Assembly: GCA_963836185.1 (NCBI GenBank)
Contig: CAWIIQ010000002.1
Coordinates: 320,001 to 384,000 of the forward strand
Length of the DNA stretch: 64,000 bases
Direction of reading: 5' to 3'
Source: Candidatus Krumholzibacteriia bacterium
GTDB taxonomy: Bacteria > Krumholzibacteriota > Krumholzibacteriia > Krumholzibacteriales > Krumholzibacteriaceae
A program made the position numbers and the translations under genes. Under the pieces are notes generated by a model. It worked only from the letters and a program-made list of their open reading frames with translations. It had not been told where the DNA came from and ran no database searches. This document shows, in pieces, positions 22,812 through 32,481 of this stretch (positions are counted from its first letter, which is position 1; every line of letters begins with the position of its first letter).

Positions 22812-23198
22812 ATGAGCGAGAGGATCAAGGGACGGATAGAACAGACGATACGCCAGACAGTCGCGTCGCTTCTCATGCTGAAGGTCAAGGACCCGCGAGT
22901 GGCCGATGTCTCTATCCTGCGCGTCGATGTCTCGAGGGACTATTCCGTAGCGAAGATATACTTCAACCTTATCGGCGGAAGTGAGCCGGAAAGGGTCGCC
23001 GAGGCCGAGAAAGGCCTGCTCAGCAGCAGGGGATACATGCGGATGCACGTCAAGAAGCACCTCAGGCTCAGGGTCATCCCCGAGCTCATCTTCAAATATG
23101 ATTCCTCACTCGACAGGGCGATGCATCTCGAGGAGATCATCGAAAGCATTCACAAAGAGGAAGAAGGCACAGAAGGCGAAGGAGAGGAACAGGGATGA
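22812..23198 (+). CDS. rbfA: ribosome-binding factor A
   Basis: KDPRV, VSRDYSVAKIY, LRVIPELIFKYDSSL. Confidence 0.95.
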   Translation: MSERIKGRIEQTIRQTVASLLMLKVKDPRVADVSILRVDVSRDYSVAKIYFNLIGGSEPERVAEAEKGLLSSRGYMRMHVKKHLRLRVIPELIFKYDSSLDRAMHLEEIIESIHKEEEGTEGEGEEQG

Positions 23199-24178
23199 GC
23201 GGGGAACGGTTCGAAAAGCAGTTCTCGGAGATGATGGCGTTGTTCGAACGGCACGATTCTGTACTCGTCACCGGACACATCGACCCGGACGGAGACTGTA
23301 TCGGCTCGATGTTCGCCATAGCCCTGATGCTCGAGAAGATGGGCAAGAAGGTCATCTGTTACGCACCGGGTGAGATATCGGAGCTATTCCTCAAGCTTCC
23401 CGGCGCATCGATGCTAGCCGGGCGCGAGGCGGCTTCGGACTTCGAGCATGACCTCGTCGTTGCGGTCGATTCTCCCAACACGGCGAGGACGGAGCATTTC
23501 GCCAGGCCGTGTGAGAACGAGGATGTCATAAACATAGACCATCATCCAACGAACGAGATGTACGGCTGCGTGAATGTCGTCGATGGTGACGCCGCCGCTA
23601 CTACCGTGCTGGTATACAGGTTCTTCATCTCCGCCGCTCCTGACAGGATGACAGCTGATATCGCCGACTGCCTCTATCTGGGTGTCCTTATGGACACGGG
23701 CGGCTTCCGGTTCCAGAACGTGAATTCCGAGGCTCTCAGGATCTCTTCCGAACTGATCGGCCTGGGAGCGAGGGGATACGACCTTGCTCATGAATATATC
23801 TATGTGAAGAAGTTCTCCACTCTCAAGCTGCTCGGCCTCGTGCTCGATTCACTGCGTCTGCATGTAGACGGGCGGGCTGCGACGATGGATGTTACCCTGG
23901 AGATGCTCGAGAGGACGGAGACGACCCTGAAGGATTCGGAAGGATTCGTGGATTACGGTGCCGCGCTTGACGATGTGGAACTCGTGGCGCTCTTCAGGGA
24001 GAACGCTCCGGGCGAGATAAGGGTCAGCCTCCGCTCAAGGAACCATCACGACGTCTCGGCCCTCGCCGAGAGATTCGGCGGCGGCGGACACATGAGGGCC
24101 GCTGGACTCACCCTTGAGACCGACCTCATGTCAGCGAAGGAGACTATCGTCAAGGGCTTCGCGGAGATGCTCGACTGA
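23195..24178 (+). CDS. nrnA: DHH/DHHA1 phosphoesterase (NrnA-like nano-RNase/pAp phosphatase)
   Basis: HIDPDGDCIGS, NIDHH, DTGGF, RVSLRS, GGGGHMRAAG. Confidence 0.9.
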   Translation: MSGERFEKQFSEMMALFERHDSVLVTGHIDPDGDCIGSMFAIALMLEKMGKKVICYAPGEISELFLKLPGASMLAGREAASDFEHDLVVAVDSPNTARTEHFARPCENEDVINIDHHPTNEMYGCVNVVDGDAAATTVLVYRFFISAAPDRMTADIADCLYLGVLMDTGGFRFQNVNSEALRISSELIGLGARGYDLAHEYIYVKKFSTLKLLGLVLDSLRLHVDGRAATMDVTLEMLERTETTLKDSEGFVDYGAALDDVELVALFRENAPGEIRVSLRSRNHHDVSALAERFGGGGHMRAAGLTLETDLMSAKETIVKGFAEMLD

Positions 24179-24204
24179 ATGGGCGCGGAGACGGCGAACC
24201 GGAT

Positions 24205-25107
24205 ATGGACGACAGACTCGATAATCTCGTGATCCCAGTTAACAAGTCACTCGGCCTGTCGACATACGATGTCATCAGGCGTTTCAGGAAAGCCGTCAGG
24301 GTGAGGAAGGTCGGGCACTCGGGCACGCTGGACCCCCTGGCCACCGGTCTCGTCCTGCTTCTCACGGGCGATGCCACGAAGCTGTCGGGCTACCTGATGG
24401 AACTTCCCAAGACATATATAGCCGATGTCGAGCTCGGAAGCTCGACCGATACGAACGACACGGAAGGTAATGTCGTAGAGACAGGCGACTGGAGCGGCGT
24501 CACTGAGGATGCCATACGCGCGGTTCTACCCTCCTTTCTCGGAAGGAGGGAGCAGGTCCCCCCGATGTTTTCCGCGCTGAAGCACAAGGGCGTGCCGCTG
24601 TACACGATGGCTCGCAGGGGCGAGCATGTGGAGCGCAAGCCGCGCGAGGTCGAGACGTACGGGCTCACGCTGCTTGCCTGCGAACTTCCCGTCTTCCGGG
24701 TCGAGGTCGTCTGCTCGAAAGGTATGTATGTAAGGGTCCTCGCTGAGGAGATCGGCGCCAGTCTCGGTGTGCCCGCGCATCTGAAGAGTCTCGTCAGGAC
24801 GAAGATCGGGCAGTTCGACGTCGAGTCGGCCGTCAGGGACGATGCTTTAGACGCTATTACGGATATGGATGACCCGGGATTCGGGCTGGCGGAGGCGCTC
24901 GGACATCTCAGGCCGGTAGAGCTCGATGAGCAGCAGGTCGCAGGGGTGCGCAACGGCGCTGCCCCGAGGATGAACAGCGCGGTAGCCCGCGTAGGAGAGA
25001 TATTGCGGCTGGTCGACGCCGAGGGAGCACTCTGCGCTCTCGCCGAGGCGGGGCCGGCGGGGATCATGAAGCTCAAGAGGGTCTTTATCAATGATGACCG
25101 GAGATAA
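24205..25107 (+). CDS. truB: tRNA pseudouridine(55) synthase
   Basis: KVGHSGTLDPLATG, QVPPMFSALK, CSKGMYVR. Confidence 0.96.
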   Translation: MDDRLDNLVIPVNKSLGLSTYDVIRRFRKAVRVRKVGHSGTLDPLATGLVLLLTGDATKLSGYLMELPKTYIADVELGSSTDTNDTEGNVVETGDWSGVTEDAIRAVLPSFLGRREQVPPMFSALKHKGVPLYTMARRGEHVERKPREVETYGLTLLACELPVFRVEVVCSKGMYVRVLAEEIGASLGVPAHLKSLVRTKIGQFDVESAVRDDALDAITDMDDPGFGLAEALGHLRPVELDEQQVAGVRNGAAPRMNSAVARVGEILRLVDAEGALCALAEAGPAGIMKLKRVFINDDRR

Positions 25108-25113
25108 GAGGCT

Positions 25114-26058
25114 ATGACACTGCTTGTCAGGAGTGAGGACGCGGCAGGGATCGAACGGATCGATTCGGCCGTCACTATCGGGGTCTTTGACGGGGTCCAC
25201 ACGGGCCATCAGAAAGTCATCTCCGAGGCGCTCGGGAAGGCGCGGGAGGCAGGCCTGAAGAGGACCGTCCTTGTGACATTCGACAGACACCCGATGAGTG
25301 TGACTCGGCCGGAAGCGGCTCCGGGGCTCCTTACGACCCTCGACGAGAAACTCTCGCTCCTGCAGGACCTTGATCTCGACATGATATTCGTGGAGAGGTT
25401 CGACGGCGAGACCGCCTCGATCCCCTACACAGGCTATATAAGGGAAAGGCTCGCGGGCTCCCTCGGGATGAAGCAGCTGGTCGTCGGATACGACTTCCAT
25501 CTCGGCAGGGGAAGAGAGGGGGGCAGCGAGGCTCTTATCGAGGAGGGACGCAGGGCGGGATTCGGCGTGACCGTCGTTCCCCCCGTGGTAGTGGGCGGCA
25601 CAGCCGTTTCGAGCACGCGGATACGCAAGGATGTCATGGAGAGGAAGATGGGCCGTGCGGCGAGATTCCTCACCCGACCCTATTTCTTTGATGCCGACGT
25701 CGAGAGCGGGGGCGGGGTGGGCCGCGAACTGGGGTACCCGACAGCCAACGCCTGCGTTGCGCACAGCGAGAAGCTCATACCGCCGGGAGGGGCCTATGCG
25801 GTAACCGTCGATACGGGCGAGAAGGTCCACTGGGGGATGATGAACATCGGTCTCGCTCCGACGATCAGGTGCGACGGGCGCGAGAGTATAGAGGTCCATC
25901 TCTTCGACTTCAACGGAGACCTCTACGGCAGCCGGCTGCGGATAAATGTCGTCGAATACATCCGGGACGAGAGGCGATTCCGCGGTCGTGACGAGCTGAT
26001 GGAACAGCTTCTGCAGGATAGCGTAAAGGTCAGGGGGATTCTGGAAAAGAAACGTTGA
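25114..26058 (+). CDS. ribF: bifunctional riboflavin kinase/FAD synthetase
   Basis: GVFDGVHTGH, VGYDFHLG, SSTRIR, GRELGYPTAN, EVHLFDF. Confidence 0.96.
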   Translation: MTLLVRSEDAAGIERIDSAVTIGVFDGVHTGHQKVISEALGKAREAGLKRTVLVTFDRHPMSVTRPEAAPGLLTTLDEKLSLLQDLDLDMIFVERFDGETASIPYTGYIRERLAGSLGMKQLVVGYDFHLGRGREGGSEALIEEGRRAGFGVTVVPPVVVGGTAVSSTRIRKDVMERKMGRAARFLTRPYFFDADVESGGGVGRELGYPTANACVAHSEKLIPPGGAYAVTVDTGEKVHWGMMNIGLAPTIRCDGRESIEVHLFDFNGDLYGSRLRINVVEYIRDERRFRGRDELMEQLLQDSVKVRGILEKKR

Positions 26059-26184
26059 CAATCCTAAAAAGTCGTGTATGTTTGGTTATTGCGCTTGACA
26101 TACAAGGCAGTTTGAGGCGGATTGGGCATGGGGCCCTTTCTGCTGCCATCGTGTATCAGCACGAGTATGAAGGAGGTCAGGACG

Positions 26185-26454
26185 ATGGCACTGCAAAAGG
26201 ACACGAAAAAAGAGGTTATCAGCAAGTTCCGGCTGCACGAGTTGGACTCGGGGTCGCCGGAAGTGCAGATCGCGCTCCTCACAGAGCGAATCAACGCTCT
26301 TACCGAGCACTTCAAGGTTCACAAGAAAGACTTCGCGTCGAGACGCGGGCTTCTCAAGCTCGTCGGACGCCGCCGCAAGCTTCTTGATTACCTGAAGAAG
26401 AGCAGGATCGAGAAGTATCGCGAGCTCATCAAGGAACTAAACCTCAGGAAGTAA
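26185..26454 (+). CDS. rpsO: 30S ribosomal protein S15
   Basis: [29 protein letters not shown]; AGGAGG RBS. Confidence 0.98.
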   Translation: MALQKDTKKEVISKFRLHELDSGSPEVQIALLTERINALTEHFKVHKKDFASRRGLLKLVGRRRKLLDYLKKSRIEKYRELIKELNLRK

Positions 26455-26549
26455 GCTCAGGCTTTATTGTTTCCACCGCCGGTGTCGTGGCCGGGTAGGT
26501 GGAGTAGTACCTTCTGTTGATATTGGCAGATGGAGAAGAGAGAAAAGGA

Positions 26550-28706
26550 ATGATCAGAAAGACAAAGCAGATCGATGGAAGAGAACTCTTCATCGAGACA
26601 GGGCGAATCGCCAGACAGGCTGACGGCTCGGTCCTGGTAGGGGAAGAGGGGACCACCGTCCTCGTCACGGCAGTCTCATCAGAGGCCGTGAGCGACAGGG
26701 GGTTCTTCCCGCTCTTCGTCGAGTACAGGGAAAAATTTTACGCCGCCGGCAAGATCCCCGGCGGATTCTTCAAGCGTGAGGGAAGGCCCTCCGAGAGGGA
26801 GACCCTCGGAGCGAGGCAGATAGACCGGCCGATCAGGCCGCTCTTTCCCGAGGGCTTCATGAGCGAGGTCCAGGTGGCTTGTACGGTCCTGAGCAGCGAT
26901 CAGCAGCATCAGGCAGACATCCTGGGTATCATCGGCGCGTCGCTTTCGCTGAACATGTCGAACATCCCGTTCGACACGATTGTCAGCGGAGTGCGGGTCG
27001 GCCTGAAGGACGGCGAGTTCATCCTCAACCCGACCTTCGATCAGCTTGAGGAGAGCGAGCTCGAGCTCGTCATCGCCGGTTCAGACGAGGCGATCATCAT
27101 GGTCGAGGGGGATGCCAAAGAGCTCCCCGAAGCGAAGATCATGGAAGCGCTCGAATTCGGACACGTGAAGATAAAGGAACTGAACGCCTTCCAGAGGGAA
27201 GTGCTCGCCGAGTGCGACATCCCCGAGAAGAGGACGTTTGAGGTGACCGAGGTAGATCAGGACCTCCAGCAGAGGCTGAGGCATGACTATCTCCAGGGAG
27301 TCGACCAGGCCTGTCGCGTAAAGGGCAAGCATAAGAGAGCGAAGGCTCTTTCGAATCTGACGGCCGAGGCCCTCGAAAAATACGGCGAGGAATTCCCCGA
27401 GTCGGAAAAAGCCATAAAGAACATCATGCACGACCTCGAGCGTGAGGCTGTCAGGAAGATGATCCTCGACGAGAAGGTCAGGACCGACGGCCGTGCCTAC
27501 GATGAGGTACGTGACATCAAGTGCGAGATCGCGGTACTCCCGAGGACCCACGGCAGCGCCCTGTTCACCAGGGGAGAGACTCAGGCTCTCGTCGTGACGA
27601 CACTCGGCACCTCGCAGGACGAGCAGCGCATCGACGCGCTGTCGGGCGAGAGCTGGAAGAAGTACATGCTTCATTACAACTTCCCGCCGTTCAGTGTCGG
27701 CGAGGTCGGATTCTTCCGCGGCCCCGGCCGCAGGGAGATCGGCCACGGAGCGCTCGCCGAGAGGGCGATCAGCCCCGTTATCCCCACTGACGAGGATTTC
27801 CCCTACACGGTCAGGGTGGTCTCCGACGTCATGGAGTCGAACGGCTCCAGCTCGATGGCCACTGTCTGCGGCGGAAGCCTCGCGCTGATGGATGCCGGCG
27901 TACCTATCAAAAAGCCCGTTGCGGGTGTTGCGATGGGTATGATCACGGAGGACGGCAAGCACGCGATCCTCACCGATATCCTCGGACTCGAGGACCATCT
28001 CGGCGACATGGACTTCAAGGTCACCGGGACGTGCGACGGCGTGACCGGGTTCCAGATGGACACCAAGGTCATGGGTATCTCGAAAGAGGTAATGACCGAA
28101 GCGCTCGAGCAGGCGAAGAGGGCAAGACTGCAGATCCTCGATATCATGAACGGGACAATCGACAAGGCGCGAGACGACATCTCGCCCTTCGCTCCTAAGA
28201 TCCACCAGATCAAGGTGCCTGTCGACAAGATCCGTGAGATCATCGGCCCGGGAGGCAAGATGATCAGGCATATCCAGGATACTTCAGGCGCGAAGATCGA
28301 CATCGATGATGACGGCACAGTCACTATCGCCGCCATCGACGGAGAGTCGCATGACAAGGCGATGGCGATGCTCGAAGAGATCACCGCCGAGCCCGAAGTC
28401 GACAAGGTCTACAAGGGCAAGGTCAGGAGCGTCGTCCAGTTCGGCGCCTTCGTAGAGATCATGCCGGGCCGTGACGGGCTGCTGCACATCTCCGAGATAG
28501 ACATCAACCGTGTCGAAAGAGTCGAGGATGTTCTCAACGTCGGTGACGAGATCGAGGTCAAGGTCGTCAACGTCGATCGCGACGGCAAGATCCGCCTCAG
28601 CCGCAAGGTGCTTCTCCCGGATTACGACGAGGAAAAGCACGGAAGCAGCAGGGACGGGGGCCGAAGAGGCGGCGGCGACCGTGGCGGTCGCGGCGGCCGA
28701 CGCTGA
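26550..28706 (+). CDS. pnp: polyribonucleotide nucleotidyltransferase
   Basis: GKIPGGFFKREG, HGSALFTRGETQ, RREIGHGALAERA, ESNGSSSMA, KH and S1 domains. Confidence 0.98.
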   Translation: MIRKTKQIDGRELFIETGRIARQADGSVLVGEEGTTVLVTAVSSEAVSDRGFFPLFVEYREKFYAAGKIPGGFFKREGRPSERETLGARQIDRPIRPLFPEGFMSEVQVACTVLSSDQQHQADILGIIGASLSLNMSNIPFDTIVSGVRVGLKDGEFILNPTFDQLEESELELVIAGSDEAIIMVEGDAKELPEAKIMEALEFGHVKIKELNAFQREVLAECDIPEKRTFEVTEVDQDLQQRLRHDYLQGVDQACRVKGKHKRAKALSNLTAEALEKYGEEFPESEKAIKNIMHDLEREAVRKMILDEKVRTDGRAYDEVRDIKCEIAVLPRTHGSALFTRGETQALVVTTLGTSQDEQRIDALSGESWKKYMLHYNFPPFSVGEVGFFRGPGRREIGHGALAERAISPVIPTDEDFPYTVRVVSDVMESNGSSSMATVCGGSLALMDAGVPIKKPVAGVAMGMITEDGKHAILTDILGLEDHLGDMDFKVTGTCDGVTGFQMDTKVMGISKEVMTEALEQAKRARLQILDIMNGTIDKARDDISPFAPKIHQIKVPVDKIREIIGPGGKMIRHIQDTSGAKIDIDDDGTVTIAAIDGESHDKAMAMLEEITAEPEVDKVYKGKVRSVVQFGAFVEIMPGRDGLLHISEIDINRVERVEDVLNVGDEIEVKVVNVDRDGKIRLSRKVLLPDYDEEKHGSSRDGGRRGGGDRGGRGGRR

Positions 28707-28712
28707 TCCATT

Positions 28713-29978
28713 ATGATAAAACTGCCAGAACCACGCAGGATCGCCCTTGATTCAGGGGCGGTCCTGCTTTATCAGAAGAACATCGTTCCGCAGACAGCGG
28801 CGTTCGGCGTATGGATAAGGAAGGGCTCCCGTGACGAGGGACCCGGCCAGCGCGGGATGTCGCATGTCCTCGAGCACATGGTGTTCCGCGGAACGCCGTC
28901 ACGCACCGGCCTCGATATCGCGCTCGACCTCGAGTCGATCGGCGGCCAGTGGGACGCTTTCACCAGCAAGGAATCTGTCTGCTATTACGGGAGGACGCTC
29001 GAGGAGCACTTCCCGCAGCTGGCCGACGTCTTCTCCGACATCGTCCTCAATCCCCTGGTCGAGTCTCCGTCATTGAGGACGGAGCTGAAGGTGATAAGAG
29101 AGGAGATCAGGAGCGTCAATGACTCTCCCGAGGAGGAGGTCTACGAGCTCTTCTTCAAGGGGCTGTTCAACGGAAGCCAGCTCGGGTACCCCGTCGCGGG
29201 CAACCTCATGGACCTTTCCAGGATAAACCGGGACGGCCTGACGGCCTTTCACAGGAAGACCTACACGGCGGCGAACACGGTATTCGCCTATATCGGCACT
29301 CTCGCTCCCGGAAAGGTGGCGCGGATGCTGGACAGTAGATTTACCTTCCAGCTCAAGGGGAGGCGCCCGGGGCTCAGGCGCGACAGTATCATGCCGGCCG
29401 TCTCCAGGTCGATCCGCAGGAGCGGATGGAAGCAGTACCATACGTGTATCGGCAGCCGGACCGTTTCCGCGGGCCACCCTTTGAGGTTCGCCGTGATGCT
29501 CCTGTCCGGGATCATAGGCGGCGGGGTCTCCTCGAGGTTGTTCCAGAGCATGAGGGAGAAGGCGGGTCTCGCTTATTCGGTCTTTTCAAACGTTAATTTG
29601 TGGAGCGACACGGGCGCCTTTTCGGTATACTTCTGTGTCGATCCGAAAAATCTGCGGCCGGCTCTTGATATCTTCGAAAAGGAGATCGAAAAGCTTCGCA
29701 GCGGCGGTGTCACTCGTGAAGAGCTAGAGAGCGCCAGGGCGCAGCTGAAGGGATCGATAATCTTCGGCCTCGAAAGCTCGGAGACGAGATTGTTCAGACT
29801 CTTTCACGAAGAGTGCTACCTCGGCAGTTTCAGGAAGGTCGAGGATGTGCTCAGGGACATAGACGCGGTAGATACGGGCATGATCGCAGAGGCAGCAGAT
29901 ATGCTTCTCGCGCCGGACCGGCTCATCCGGGCGACATGCGGTCCGGAAGGCGCGTCCGGAAGGAAAACGGGCAGATGA
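28713..29978 (+). CDS. M16 (pitrilysin-like) zinc peptidase
   Basis: GSRDE, inverted zinc motif HVLEH, SSRLFQSMREKAGLAYSV; usual pnp neighbour. Confidence 0.9.
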   Translation: MIKLPEPRRIALDSGAVLLYQKNIVPQTAAFGVWIRKGSRDEGPGQRGMSHVLEHMVFRGTPSRTGLDIALDLESIGGQWDAFTSKESVCYYGRTLEEHFPQLADVFSDIVLNPLVESPSLRTELKVIREEIRSVNDSPEEEVYELFFKGLFNGSQLGYPVAGNLMDLSRINRDGLTAFHRKTYTAANTVFAYIGTLAPGKVARMLDSRFTFQLKGRRPGLRRDSIMPAVSRSIRRSGWKQYHTCIGSRTVSAGHPLRFAVMLLSGIIGGGVSSRLFQSMREKAGLAYSVFSNVNLWSDTGAFSVYFCVDPKNLRPALDIFEKEIEKLRSGGVTREELESARAQLKGSIIFGLESSETRLFRLFHEECYLGSFRKVEDVLRDIDAVDTGMIAEAADMLLAPDRLIRATCGPEGASGRKTGR

Positions 29979-30454
29979 GCAGCGGGTCTAAAGAAAATGC
30001 GCCAGTCACCATCGAGATCAGGTATCTCCCCCACTACGAAAAATTGCCTCCCATCGCCCGCATGACCGAAGGATCGAGCGGATTCGATCTTCACGCGGCC
30101 TGCGAAGGAGAGATAATGGTCGAGCCGGGCAGGGTGGCCCTCATCCCCGCCGGGTTCGAGATGGCCGTCCCCCGGGGATTCGAGGCGCAGGTAAGGCCCC
30201 GCAGCGGACTTGCCCTTAAAAGCATGATCGGACTGCTCAACAGCCCCGGCACTATCGACAGCGACTACCGCGGAGAAGTCGGCGTGATCCTCTTCAACTT
30301 CGGGAGCGAGGATTTCGTTGTCCGCAGGGGGGACCGGATAGCGCAGATGGTCATCTGCGGCCTTCCCGAAGCTGAGCTCGTCGAGACCGAAGAGCTCGAC
30401 GACACAGCCCGCGGCCCGGGAGGGTTCGGCCATACGGGCAGGGGACGGAGATGA
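29975..30454 (+). CDS. dut: dUTP diphosphatase
   Basis: GFDL, RPRSGLA, GTIDSDYRGE, GDRIAQ, RGPGGFGHTG. Confidence 0.97.
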   Translation: MSSGSKENAPVTIEIRYLPHYEKLPPIARMTEGSSGFDLHAACEGEIMVEPGRVALIPAGFEMAVPRGFEAQVRPRSGLALKSMIGLLNSPGTIDSDYRGEVGVILFNFGSEDFVVRRGDRIAQMVICGLPEAELVETEELDDTARGPGGFGHTGRGRR

Positions 30455-31314
30455 CGGATCTGCTTCAGGTGTCGGCACTCATCATCCTCGCCGTCGCCGC
30501 TCTCTACGCCTTCTGGCATCACCGGTGGGGGTATCCCGGCCGCGAGATCCCCGGGGTGCTCACATATCACAAGGTGATCGATTTCGAGCTCGGGGGGACC
30601 TGGATCAGCCCCCGCAGGTTCGAGGGGCATATCAGATCGCTTATCGATTCCGGATACAGCTTTATCGATGAGACGGCGTTCCTCGAGACTGTCGAAGAAA
30701 CGAGGCAGGCCGCGGAGAAGGAGATCCTCCTTACATTCGATGACGGTTACGACTGCGTAGCGCGCAGCGCTGCCCCGGTACTCGAGAGCCTGGGCGTTCC
30801 GGCGCTCGTCTTTCTCGTCTCCGGATTCGCTGGCAGGGAGAACAGCTGGGAACTCGACCTGCCCGGGAGAAAAGCGCGGCACATGGACTGGGAGACGGTG
30901 AACACTCTTCTCTCGGGGAACTTTTCTTTCGGTTCGCACTGCGAGAACCATCTGCCGCTGACCCGCCTTCCGCGTGGGGAGGCGCTGCGTGAGATGGCGA
31001 GATCGAAGGAAGAGATCGAGAGGCGCACCGGCACCCGGGTCCAGAGCCTCTCCTATCCGTTCGGAAGGACGGACCGGGATATCGCCCTGCTCGCGGCGGA
31101 AGCGGGCTACAGGGCCGCTTTCACCCTCTATCCATCAGGAAGCGCGGCGGAGACCGACCCTTTCCGCCTCAGGCGCGACGGGGTCTGGGTGATCGACACG
31201 CCAGTGACTGTAAAGATCAAGCTTTCACGCGCAGGGCTCTTCTGGCTCGAGGATATCAAGGGGCGGATGATAAACGCCGTCGCCGACCTGACTCCGCTTC
31301 TCAAGAAAAGATAA
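30451..31314 (+). CDS. polysaccharide deacetylase (CE4/NodB-like) with N-terminal membrane anchor
   Basis: LTYHKV, LTFDDGY, GSHCENH, SYPFG. Confidence 0.9.
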   Translation: MTDLLQVSALIILAVAALYAFWHHRWGYPGREIPGVLTYHKVIDFELGGTWISPRRFEGHIRSLIDSGYSFIDETAFLETVEETRQAAEKEILLTFDDGYDCVARSAAPVLESLGVPALVFLVSGFAGRENSWELDLPGRKARHMDWETVNTLLSGNFSFGSHCENHLPLTRLPRGEALREMARSKEEIERRTGTRVQSLSYPFGRTDRDIALLAAEAGYRAAFTLYPSGSAAETDPFRLRRDGVWVIDTPVTVKIKLSRAGLFWLEDIKGRMINAVADLTPLLKKR

Positions 31315-31326
31315 GATCGATGTGGA

Positions 31327-32469
31327 TCATTCGCGGGCCAGAGCATAATCGCGTCCGCTGTCGCCCATCCTGTACACGATGCCTGACTGGTGGACCTGCG
31401 ATATCGTGTCGCGGGTGACGAACTTCCTGACGACGAGTATCTCGAGCGTAAAGGGATAGGTGCCCTTGACGGCGAAGTATTCCTCGAGGCCTTCGCTTAC
31501 CGTTGCCTCGAGCCGCCGCAGCTGGAATTCCGGGAGATCGGCCGACAGCATCCCTTCGCCGGATGAAGCCGCCGCCCTGGAATCGCTCGAGAAGGCCTCG
31601 GCGGTCCATCCCGGCGGCAGGATCGCGGGCACGACATATTCACCGGCAAAGAAGCATGCGATAAGCATGAAGACTACAGCGAGGGTCGGAGCGAATTTCT
31701 TTCCGCTCTTTGCTTTCTCTTCGAGGACCTCTTCCTCGATCTGCTCGGCTACCGGGCTCGTGTCCTTCGTGATCTCGAGCAGCTCTTTCTCGAGCAGGAG
31801 CTTGAGGGCCTCATAGGTGCTGAACCTCGCCATACGGGAGTGCGCCATCAGCTCGGATATGCTCGTCTCTTCGGACAGCATGTTGTAGAGGACCTCTTCG
31901 TTCTTCTCCAGCTTGGCGCTGCTGCCCGTCGGCGCGGGAAGCCGGCGAACGACTATCTCATCCGAAGGGAATATCCTCTGCATCTCGGGGAGCTCATCGA
32001 TGCGTCTCATGCTCTCCATCAGGAGCCCCTCGACCTTGATGGCCGAGAAGGTCCGGACGCCGACGAGGACTCCGCTGCCGCTGACGAACTTGTAGTAACT
32101 CTTCGGCCAGGAGAGGACCTCCTGGACCGTCTCGTATATCTGCTCGTTGAATATCGTGCTCAGCTCGTCGTCCGAGAAGTACTTCTCCTGAAGCAGGATG
32201 TCGGTCAGGTCCATGCCGGACCTCGCCTGGATCTGCTGCAGGTTGTTCATCTCGTCGCGGCCGATAAAGCCGTACCTGAGAAGGTATTCCTTGAGGGGAT
32301 CGCGCGATCTGGCCCTGCGGTCCCTCGTCGAGACGATAAGGCCGTCCTGGAAGAATATTGCCATATTCTCGTCACCCGAGACCGAGAGCATCCCGGATTT
32401 CTTCTGGATCGAGATGAGCTGGAATATCTCACTCAGCCCGAAATCCTTGGCGTTGCCTTCCAGTGCCAT
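31327..32469 (-). CDS. DUF4388-domain membrane protein
   Basis: MALEGNAKDFGLSEIFQLISIQKKSGML, LLMESMRRIDE; one TM; C-terminal LEEYFAVKGTYPFTLEILV. Confidence 0.85.
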   Translation of the reverse strand: MALEGNAKDFGLSEIFQLISIQKKSGMLSVSGDENMAIFFQDGLIVSTRDRRARSRDPLKEYLLRYGFIGRDEMNNLQQIQARSGMDLTDILLQEKYFSDDELSTIFNEQIYETVQEVLSWPKSYYKFVSGSGVLVGVRTFSAIKVEGLLMESMRRIDELPEMQRIFPSDEIVVRRLPAPTGSSAKLEKNEEVLYNMLSEETSISELMAHSRMARFSTYEALKLLLEKELLEITKDTSPVAEQIEEEVLEEKAKSGKKFAPTLAVVFMLIACFFAGEYVVPAILPPGWTAEAFSSDSRAAASSGEGMLSADLPEFQLRRLEATVSEGLEEYFAVKGTYPFTLEILVVRKFVTRDTISQVHQSGIVYRMGDSGRDYALARE

Positions 32470-32481
32470 CGATCTTCCTTC

